Shown here piece after piece: positions 57,045-64,000 of a stretch of 64,000 nt of DNA. Source of the stretch: an uncultured Phascolarctobacterium sp. (GTDB taxonomy: Bacteria; Bacillota; Negativicutes; Acidaminococcales; Acidaminococcaceae); NCBI GenBank assembly GCA_900545025.1, contig UQXH01000001.1:55206-119205 (forward strand). Direction: 5' to 3'. The notes under the pieces are model-generated. The model searched no databases, was not told where the DNA came from, and was given only the letters and a program-made list of their open reading frames with translations. Position numbers and translations under genes: made by a program. Position 1 is the first letter of the stretch. Each line of letters opens with the position of its first letter.

Positions 57045-57548
57045 TTGGCAGGTAAAAATAAGCAAGAGAAACGTGGTAGTAGCGCAGATTTGGCCGCTAT
57101 TCTGATGATTACAACGCGCAGAATTAATCAGCTCGTTGATGAGGAAATATTATCGCGCGAACCGGAAGGCGATTTTAACCTGCCGACAGCTGTTGCCGCA
57201 TATTACGAATACAAATATGCTGACAAAAACGAGACAGATTATCTAAGCGAAAAAGCACGGCATGAAAAAACAAAACGTGAGCTTGCGGAGCTCGAATTAC
57301 AAAAACGCCGGAATGAAGTGCATGATGCAGCTGATGTTGAACTGCTTATGACTGATATGCTTACCAATTTGCGAACACAGCTTTTGGGGATTCCGGCTAA
57401 AATGGCCACACAATTAGCTAATCGTGATAAGGAATATATTGACCAGGTATTGACTGATGAGATAAACAGCCGTTTAACTGAATTAAGCGATTATAATCCG
57501 GAAATGTTTACTGCAGTAGGTGACTTTGATGCATCAGAAAACGATTAA
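57045..57548 (+). CDS. terS: Terminase small subunit (putative; HTH-containing)
   Basis: 167 aa. N-terminal basic/HTH region (DLAAILMITTRRINQLVDEEIL). Directly precedes the GpA-like large terminase. TTG start 6 nt after GAGGAGGTGA. Confidence 0.55.
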   Translation: MAGKNKQEKRGSSADLAAILMITTRRINQLVDEEILSREPEGDFNLPTAVAAYYEYKYADKNETDYLSEKARHEKTKRELAELELQKRRNEVHDAADVELLMTDMLTNLRTQLLGIPAKMATQLANRDKEYIDQVLTDEINSRLTELSDYNPEMFTAVGDFDASEND

Positions 57549-59496
57549 GCTTTTTCAGCGTATAGCAAAACAATCATTGCAGCCGCTGCCAAACCTGTCG
57601 GTTTCAGTGTGGGCAGATTCATATAGAATGCTGTCGGCTGAAGCTTCGTCAGAACCTGGACGTTGGCGTACTGATCGGGCACCGTATCAACGTGAAATCA
57701 TGGACGCTTTTTCACAACATAAAATCTGGAAAGTTGTAGTTATGTCAGCATCACAGATTGGTAAATCTGATATTATGAACAATGTCATTGGCAGATATGC
57801 TCATCTAGCGCCAGCACCAATAATGATGATTCAACCAACTATTGAGCTTGCACAGGATTACAGCAAAAGCCGTATATCTCCAATGATTAGAGATACTAAA
57901 GCGTTAACTGCTATTTTCAGGGAAGCTAAGAGCCGTGACGGCGGTAATACTATATTGTCTAAGCTTTTCCCAGGCGGGCGCCTTATTATGGGTGGAGCAA
58001 ACAGCCCGGCAGGGCTCGCCAGTAGACCAATTAAGATTTTACTTGCAGATGAGGTTGATCGTTTTCCTGACAGCGCCGGCACTGAAGGTGATCCGGTTGA
58101 CTTGGCAGCTAAACGTATGACGACTTTCTGGGATAAACGCCTTGGACTTTTTTCCACTCCTACTATTGAGGGTGAAAGCCGCATTTATGAGGAATATCTG
58201 CAAGGAACTCAGGAAGAGTGGCAGCATGAATGTCCGAACTGCCATGAATTCCACTTAATAACTCACCGGAATATGACAACAGATCATAAGACGGTAATTG
58301 ATAAAAAGGGCAAAAAACATGCAACAGTGTACAGCGTAAAATGGCGTTGTCCTGACTGTGGTTTTAGCTTTACGGAAGAACAGATGCGGCGCGCACCGCA
58401 AAGATTTGTTGCGCAAAATGCTTCGGCGCTTACTAAAGGCGTCCGGAGCTTTTTTGTTAATTGCTGGACTTCACCATGGCTGACATGGTCAGAAGTAATG
58501 CAGGAATGGTTAGAAGCAGAGGGAGATCCGGAACGTGAAAAAGTTGTAGTGAACACGCGTTTTGGTGAGCCATATGAAAGAAAAGGTGCTTTTGACAGTA
58601 CCGATCAGTTTTTAAAGCGGCGTGAGCCCTATGGCGCTGAGCTTCCTGATGGCGTATTGATACTCACAGCAGCCGTAGACGTACAGGATAATCGTTTAGA
58701 ATATGAAATCTGTGGCTGGGGTAAAGGTGAAGAATGTTGGGGTATAAAAAAAGACATAATTCTTGGAGTACCTGAAAATCCGGAAGTATGGGACGCATTA
58801 ACAGAACAGCTTGACCGTGAATATCGGTTTAAAAATGGTACAGGCCTTATCGTGCCGCGTACTTTTATAGACAGCGGCGGTCATTACAGCAAAGAAGTTT
58901 ATGCTTATAGCCAGCGTCGTCTTGCACGTCAATGCTTTGCCGTTAAAGGCGCATCAACGTCAGGCGTTCCGATAATCTATAAATATTCTAAAGCTAGGGT
59001 ATCGCAAGGACGAACAATTCCGCTCGTTTTCATAGGTACAGACAGCGGCAAACAATATGTCATGGACAGACTATCCATTGATGTTCCCGGTCCTAAGTAC
59101 TTCCATTTTCCGCTTGATAAGCAGGAAAACGAGGCGGTCAGTGAGATTTTATGGAACCGCGGCTATGATGATATTTATTTTCGCGGTCTTATTGCCGAAC
59201 AGAAGGTTGCCCGTAAAAAAAACGGACGTATAGTATGGCAATGGGAAAATATCGCTAAAGATAAAAGAAATGAACCTCTTGACTTGCGTGTATATAATCT
59301 GGCGTGCCTGCATAGCATGAATGTGGACTGGGAGAAGCTAGATGATCTGGTTAATGGTAGAAGCGTTACAGTAAAACCACAGAAAAAGGAATTAAGCGTT
59401 ACAGTAAAACCACAGAAAAAGGAATTAAGGGTTACTAAAACCGCCGGAAAACGTAAGTATGGGTGCATAAAAAGAGGTTTAAGAGGTGATTTTTAG
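57520..59496 (+). CDS. terL: Terminase large subunit, lambda GpA family
   Basis: ATPase region (VVMSASQIGKSD is Walker A-like; ILLADEVDRF is Walker B). 658 aa. Contains a perfect 33-bp in-frame tandem duplication near the C-terminus. Confidence 0.85.
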   Translation: MTLMHQKTIKLFQRIAKQSLQPLPNLSVSVWADSYRMLSAEASSEPGRWRTDRAPYQREIMDAFSQHKIWKVVVMSASQIGKSDIMNNVIGRYAHLAPAPIMMIQPTIELAQDYSKSRISPMIRDTKALTAIFREAKSRDGGNTILSKLFPGGRLIMGGANSPAGLASRPIKILLADEVDRFPDSAGTEGDPVDLAAKRMTTFWDKRLGLFSTPTIEGESRIYEEYLQGTQEEWQHECPNCHEFHLITHRNMTTDHKTVIDKKGKKHATVYSVKWRCPDCGFSFTEEQMRRAPQRFVAQNASALTKGVRSFFVNCWTSPWLTWSEVMQEWLEAEGDPEREKVVVNTRFGEPYERKGAFDSTDQFLKRREPYGAELPDGVLILTAAVDVQDNRLEYEICGWGKGEECWGIKKDIILGVPENPEVWDALTEQLDREYRFKNGTGLIVPRTFIDSGGHYSKEVYAYSQRRLARQCFAVKGASTSGVPIIYKYSKARVSQGRTIPLVFIGTDSGKQYVMDRLSIDVPGPKYFHFPLDKQENEAVSEILWNRGYDDIYFRGLIAEQKVARKKNGRIVWQWENIAKDKRNEPLDLRVYNLACLHSMNVDWEKLDDLVNGRSVTVKPQKKELSVTVKPQKKELRVTKTAGKRKYGCIKRGLRGDF

Positions 59497-59720
59497 TGGC
59501 AAATGAGATGTTAAACGCCAGATTAATGCAATATTTAGAGGCTGAAAAAGCTATTTTAATCACTGGGCAAAGCTATAAAATCGGAAATCGAACATTAACC
59601 AGAGCGGATTTATCTGAAATACGAGACGCAATTAATCATCTTTTGGCTGCTGGAGCTACCTTAGATGGCAGTCAAAACGGACCTCGTAAACGCGCTTTGC
59701 AGGTTATTATGCGGGATTGA
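59496..59720 (+). CDS. Head-tail joining protein (lambda gpW-like)
   Basis: 74 aa between terL and the portal, as in lambda (A-W-B order). Confidence 0.55.
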   Translation: MANEMLNARLMQYLEAEKAILITGQSYKIGNRTLTRADLSEIRDAINHLLAAGATLDGSQNGPRKRALQVIMRD

Positions 59721-59732
59721 GGTGGTTAACAA

Positions 59733-61346
59733 ATGAAAAAACGTAAGAAAACATATCCGGCACGAGCGCGGCACCCTACCAATAGTGGAATACCGCGTAT
59801 TATTAACAGCGGCTACAGTGAAGGAGGGGCAAGTAGAACACGAACTGCTTTGAAAGGTTATTATCCGCTAAAATCCAGTACAAAAGCAGATGTAGATGTT
59901 AATTTGCCTCTTCTGCGTAGCCGCAGTACAGATTTGTACTATAATTCGGCAGTTGGCGCCGGCGCTATTAATAGCAGTCGCAATAACGTTATTGGTGCTG
60001 GGTTGCGTGTATCGCCGAAAATAGACTATAAGCTGTTAGGATTTACTGCAGAACAGGCGAAAGAATGGCAGCGTAAAACATTACGGGAATTTAACCTTTG
60101 GGCAGAGAGCAAAGCCTGTGATCTTTATCGTAAAAATAATTTTTATGATATGCAGGATATTGTGTATTTGTCATATCTTATTGATGGTGATGCCTGGGCG
60201 GCAATTAAATACAGAAAACCTCTGCCGACTTGCCCATACTGCACACGAATCCAGCTATTTGAAGCGAGTCGCGTGTGTAATCCCGATGCCTCTACTGTTT
60301 ATGGTACAGCTTCACCCTGGGCCGTTGAAACTATTAACCCGAAAACCGGTAATCGTATAATCAGCGGCGTTGAAATTGATCAAGATGGAGCCGTTGTAGC
60401 ATATTGGATTGCAAACCGAGTACCATTCGACTTAACTAATCCGGCCGGAAAACTGGACTGGGTAAGAGTAGAAGCCTATGGCAAACGAAGTGGCCGGCAA
60501 AACGTGCTGCAGATATCTCACGAGGAACGTCCGGAACAGTACCGTGGTGTACCATACATCGCGCCGGCAATCGAAGTTTTAAAACAAGTAAGCAGCTATA
60601 CATCAGCTGAGTTAACTGCGGCAATTGTAAAATCCTATTTTACTCTGTTTTTTACATCAAAAAACAACGGAAGTACTAGCAGCCTGGATGATGTACTGAG
60701 TAGCACTTATGCTCCACATGAAAGAGTAGCGCCGGAAGATTTGGACGGTATTGAGGTTGGCGCAGGTACGCTTAATCTTTTGCCAGAAGGCATAGATGTT
60801 AAAGCTATTGATGGCAGCCGCAATTTGTCTACATTTGAGCCGTTTGTCAATAATCTGATCTGTCAGATTGGCGCATCATTAGGTATACCGTCTGAGGTAT
60901 TGCTTAGTCGCTTTCAGTCTTCGTATTCTGCAGCACGTGCTGCTTTATTGCAGGCCGCTGCAGTATTTAGGACAAGACGTACCTGGTTTGCTAGGGATTT
61001 TTGCCAGCCCGTATATGAAAGCTGGCTTGCTGAAGCGGTAGCAATTGGAAGAGTAAAGGCACCAGGTTTTGGTAGCGATCCTGTTATTACAAAAGCCTGG
61101 TCTGGCGCTGATTGGTTTGGTCCTGTTATGGGCCTGCTTGATCCGGTTAAGGAAGTTAACGGTGCTGCATTGCGCATTAAATACGGGTTCTCTACAGCTG
61201 AGAGAGAGGCAGCAGAGCTTATGGGTACTGACTTTGACAGTAATGTCGATCAGATTTCTATCGAACACGGCACTTGGGATGCTAAAGGTATAGAAGTTCC
61301 GAAAGCGGATAAAACAGGGGGTGAAAGAACAAACGATGAAGGATAG
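59733..61346 (+). CDS. Portal protein (lambda gpB family)
   Basis: 537 aa. Position after gpW-like and before the protease. Phage_portal_2-like sequence. Confidence 0.8.
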   Translation: MKKRKKTYPARARHPTNSGIPRIINSGYSEGGASRTRTALKGYYPLKSSTKADVDVNLPLLRSRSTDLYYNSAVGAGAINSSRNNVIGAGLRVSPKIDYKLLGFTAEQAKEWQRKTLREFNLWAESKACDLYRKNNFYDMQDIVYLSYLIDGDAWAAIKYRKPLPTCPYCTRIQLFEASRVCNPDASTVYGTASPWAVETINPKTGNRIISGVEIDQDGAVVAYWIANRVPFDLTNPAGKLDWVRVEAYGKRSGRQNVLQISHEERPEQYRGVPYIAPAIEVLKQVSSYTSAELTAAIVKSYFTLFFTSKNNGSTSSLDDVLSSTYAPHERVAPEDLDGIEVGAGTLNLLPEGIDVKAIDGSRNLSTFEPFVNNLICQIGASLGIPSEVLLSRFQSSYSAARAALLQAAAVFRTRRTWFARDFCQPVYESWLAEAVAIGRVKAPGFGSDPVITKAWSGADWFGPVMGLLDPVKEVNGAALRIKYGFSTAEREAAELMGTDFDSNVDQISIEHGTWDAKGIEVPKADKTGGERTNDEG

Positions 61347-62469
61347 GTTTTGGCAGATTAAAAACCAGGTAAACGGCAGTGGGGAAATCCTTTTATATGG
61401 CCCTATTGCCAGCAGCCGCAGTTGGTTTAATGATACGGTAACACCGCAGGAATTTGCGAGAGATTTGGAAAACCTGAACGGTAAAGATGTTACTGTACGT
61501 ATCAATTCTGGTGGCGGTGATGTTTTTGCTGCACACGCTATTCATAACCAGCTTGTAGCTTATAAGGGCAGGGTAACGGTCATTATTGACGGACTTGCAG
61601 CGTCAGCAGCAACGATAGTCGCTATGGCCGGACAAAAAATCATTATGCCAAGTAACAGTATGATGATGATTCACAATCCGGCTATCGGTATGGATGATTA
61701 CTATACTGCAGAAGACCTGCAAAAATATGTAGATGCACTGACAGCTATAAAAGGCAGTATAGTTGCCGCATATAAAAAACGCTGCAAACTTTCATCTGAA
61801 GAACTGGAAATCCTTATGGATGCAGAAACATGGATGGGTGCGCAAGAATGCCTGGATAAAGGCTTTGCTGATGAAATAAACGGCAGTATTGAAACTGTTT
61901 TAAACGGTAATACGCTCATTATCAATTCTGCAAAGTATGATCTTACCGCATATAAGAATGCAGCAAGTATAAAAAATTGTATCAACGAAAAGGAGAAGAA
62001 CATGAGTAAACTGGAAGAAATCTTGGATTCTTTGGGATTGAAAATTGTTGACAGTCCTAAAGCACAAAATACTACAGTACAGGTTGCGACACCAGTAAGT
62101 CCGCAGCCGACAGATAATTCTGCAGCTATTGAGGCAGCTGTTGTAGCAGAGCGTCAGCGTATTGTTGATCTTGAAGCTTTAGACAGCGGTGATAATGCTG
62201 CAGTTAAGGCAATTATTAATCAGGCTAAAGCTGATGGTAAAACAGTTGCAGAGGTTCAGCCATATATCGATGCTGTGAAAACTGTACCGGCAGCACAGAA
62301 TGCTGCTCAGAGGGCTGTAGCTGATATGATTGCAGATAATAAAGACAGCGGCGCAGATGGTATTGCAAGTGGTGCTACCGATGATGCAGCTCTGGAAAAG
62401 GCTGCTGATGCAAAAGCCATGGATAACATGGTCGAAATCATGAATAAAAAATTTGGAGGTGTGAAATAA
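61321..62469 (+). CDS. Head maturation protease (ClpP/S49-like) fused to a scaffold domain (lambda gpC/Nu3-like)
   Basis: N-terminal ClpP-like fold (VTVRINSGGGDVFAAHAIHNQL...AASAATIVAMAG). C-terminal Ala/Asp-rich helical scaffold-like tail. Confidence 0.8.
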   Translation: MKEQTMKDRFWQIKNQVNGSGEILLYGPIASSRSWFNDTVTPQEFARDLENLNGKDVTVRINSGGGDVFAAHAIHNQLVAYKGRVTVIIDGLAASAATIVAMAGQKIIMPSNSMMMIHNPAIGMDDYYTAEDLQKYVDALTAIKGSIVAAYKKRCKLSSEELEILMDAETWMGAQECLDKGFADEINGSIETVLNGNTLIINSAKYDLTAYKNAASIKNCINEKEKNMSKLEEILDSLGLKIVDSPKAQNTTVQVATPVSPQPTDNSAAIEAAVVAERQRIVDLEALDSGDNAAVKAIINQAKADGKTVAEVQPYIDAVKTVPAAQNAAQRAVADMIADNKDSGADGIASGATDDAALEKAADAKAMDNMVEIMNKKFGGVK

Positions 62470-62846
62470 TGGCATATGTTGAAGATGTTCAAGGCGTACA
62501 CTATGAAGAACTTATTGGCAGTACCGCAGTAACTCCGTTACTTAAAAATGGTACTCTGTCCGGAGTAGCTTCCCAAAATGTTGTGAAAAAAGGTACCTTG
62601 CTTGCTATTGATGCCGCTAGTAAGAAATACATCGTTGCAGCTAAAGCCGGCGACAGTGTTCCTACAGCATGCGCAATCCTGGCTAAGGAAGTTACTCAAG
62701 GAAGCGGTTCTGATGATATCACAGTAACTGTATATACTCGCGGTATGTTTAATCGCGAGAAGCTGGTAGCAGCCAGTGAAGACACCGTTGATGCCCATGA
62801 AGAAGAACTGCGAGATGTAGGTATTTATCTTACCAGTGTAAAATAA
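62469..62846 (+). CDS. Head decoration protein (lambda gpD-like)
   Basis: 125 aa between the protease and the major capsid. Sequence typical of the D family. Confidence 0.6.
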   Translation: MAYVEDVQGVHYEELIGSTAVTPLLKNGTLSGVASQNVVKKGTLLAIDAASKKYIVAAKAGDSVPTACAILAKEVTQGSGSDDITVTVYTRGMFNREKLVAASEDTVDAHEEELRDVGIYLTSVK

Positions 62847-62859
62847 GGAGGAACAAATA

Positions 62860-63921
62860 ATGGCATTTAATTATGACGATACCAGAACACTTTTAGGCGT
62901 TGTTGATCGCAGTATGAAGCCGACTACTACGCTGATTGATACATTTTTTCCGGAGATTCGTACCTTCGTTACTGAAACAGTAGAAATGGAATACCGTAAA
63001 GGGGCACGTAAAATGGCGCCCTATGTTGTTCCTGGTACTAAAGGTGTTAACCTGGCACGTACCGGCAGCAATATTCGTACCTATAAAGCACCTTTGGTGA
63101 AACCTAAACGCATAATTGAAGCTTCTGACCTTATGCGTCGTAGCTTCGGCGAAACGGTTTACAGCCAACGTACTCCGGAAGAACGTGCTCAAGAACTGCG
63201 CGCCCGCGACATGGCAGAATTGATTGAAAGCTGTGTGCGCCGCGAAGAATGGATGGCAGCTCAAGTACTTTTGACTGGCAGCTGCAAAATTGAAGGGTAT
63301 GCGGATGATGGCGCTACAAAAGTAATTGATACTGTTACTTTTGACGGCTTCGACAATAAAATTACTATCAGCGGCGGTGGTACTACCTGGGATAACGTAT
63401 CCACGGCTAAACCTTATGATGATATGGGCGATGCTTCTCAAATGATTCGCCGTAACGCAGGTCGTATTCCTACTGTGGCAATTTGTGCTGCTAATGTTTC
63501 CGAATATTTGATTAATAACGAACAGCTGCGTCAATACATGCTTGTACCTAGCCGAGATAACATGGCTATGATGAGCATTCAACCTCGCTTGGTGCGTCCG
63601 GATCTGATGCGTGTAGGTTACATTTCTGCACTGAATCTTGACATCTATGCATATGATGGCGGGTATGAGAATGAAAGCGGCGAATTTACCCCATATATTC
63701 CTGATGATCACATGATTATCGGTATTCCTGGCAGAGGCAAGCGCCTCTATGGTGCAGTAACACAGCTTGAGCCGGACCGCCAATATCATACTTTTGAAGG
63801 TCAATATGTACCGAAAGTTACTATCGATCTTGAAAGCGATACATCTAGTCTGGCAATCAGCAGCCGTTGTGTTGTATGCCCTGAATTCCTGGATGACTGG
63901 GCTGTACTGAAAGTAAAATAA
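62860..63921 (+). CDS. Major capsid protein (lambda gpE family)
   Basis: 353 aa. Strong RBS GGAGGAACAAATA. Conserved position. The 303-aa antisense ORF 62893..63804 is spurious. Confidence 0.85.
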   Translation: MAFNYDDTRTLLGVVDRSMKPTTTLIDTFFPEIRTFVTETVEMEYRKGARKMAPYVVPGTKGVNLARTGSNIRTYKAPLVKPKRIIEASDLMRRSFGETVYSQRTPEERAQELRARDMAELIESCVRREEWMAAQVLLTGSCKIEGYADDGATKVIDTVTFDGFDNKITISGGGTTWDNVSTAKPYDDMGDASQMIRRNAGRIPTVAICAANVSEYLINNEQLRQYMLVPSRDNMAMMSIQPRLVRPDLMRVGYISALNLDIYAYDGGYENESGEFTPYIPDDHMIIGIPGRGKRLYGAVTQLEPDRQYHTFEGQYVPKVTIDLESDTSSLAISSRCVVCPEFLDDWAVLKVK

Positions 63922-63936
63922 GGGGGAAGTAAACCG

Positions 63937-64000
63937 TGAATATTCGTGTGAAAAAGTTTAAACTGCGTTACGCAGGCGAAACATTTGGTGCCGGCACTGT
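63937..64000 (+). CDS. 5' end of the next phage head/tail gene (partial)
   Basis: GTG start after AAGGGGGAAG. The reading frame is open to the window end. Confidence 0.4.

Larger units (their letters stand above)
38112..64000. mobile_element. Lambda-like siphovirus prophage integrated next to the tRNA-Asn 3' end; its right end lies beyond the window
   Basis: Tyrosine integrase immediately 3' of tRNA-Asn. Lysogeny switch, replication module, terS/terL(GpA), gpW, portal, protease/scaffold, gpD-like and gpE-like capsid, in lambda order. All late genes sit on the + strand and run to the window end. Confidence 0.85.

Noticed and set aside
62893-63804. 303-aa minus-strand ORF
   Set aside because: Antisense to the major capsid gene within a uniformly + strand late operon. 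Composition looks like an out-of-frame artefact (Cys/His/Arg-rich).
1-64000. CRISPR arrays, rRNA genes, transposases/IS elements
   Set aside because: No regularly spaced short direct repeats, no rRNA-like sequence, and no transposase-like ORFs were seen. The only mobile element identified is the prophage.

Overview
The window appears to come from an anaerobic low-GC Firmicute; a Negativicutes-like organism is a low-confidence guess, based on the type-A RNase P RNA, the anaerobic cbi-type B12 pathway and the membrane [NiFe]-hydrogenase. It has five parts. (1) 1-4980 is the conserved infB-rbfA-nrnA-truB-ribF-rpsO translation cluster. It ends at a terminator, and pnp is not downstream. (2) 5056-23910 is a mixed accessory and housekeeping stretch with no functional theme. 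It begins with a secreted hypothetical protein, a BNR/Asp-box beta-propeller protein and an orphan TctC-family binding lipoprotein. A six-gene membrane-bound group-4 [NiFe]-hydrogenase operon follows (Hyf/Hyc/Ech-like: NuoL-, NuoH-, NuoK-, NuoN-like membrane subunits, a NuoCD-like large subunit, and one fused ferredoxin plus NuoB-like small-subunit gene). After it come a GNAT gene, tRNA-Leu(CAA), an AT-rich ORF-free spacer with a 50-bp palindrome, a frameshifted nhaC, an ATC-hydrolase-like gene, a second GNAT, a LysR regulator, a secreted 5'-nucleotidase, rnpB (type A), a GT2 glycosyltransferase and an NlpC/P60 peptidase. (3) 24008-37978 is a cobalamin-riboswitch-led anaerobic B12 operon: cbiD-L-F-G-H-J-ET-A-B-cobD-[ApgM-like]-cbiP-cobO-cbiC. 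(4) tRNA-Asn(GTT) lies at 38036-38111. (5) From 38112 to the window end there is a lambda-like siphovirus prophage integrated next to tRNA-Asn. It carries a tyrosine integrase, a class-II Fic gene, a divergent XRE repressor/Cro switch with consensus promoters, an Ant antirepressor, a DUF2800-DUF2815-family-A DNA polymerase-HNH-primase(VirE)-VRR-NUC-SNF2 replication module with an iteron cluster, an orphan DNA methyltransferase, an ArpU-like late activator, terS/terL(GpA), and lambda-order head genes (gpW, portal, ClpP-like protease/scaffold, decoration protein, major capsid). The phage continues beyond the window. The best candidates for something undescribed are in the prophage early region: an independently promoted minus-strand orphan gene with an adjacent 29-aa membrane peptide, plus the Fic moron. 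The hydrogenase architecture and the ApgM-like gene embedded in the B12 operon also deserve a second look.
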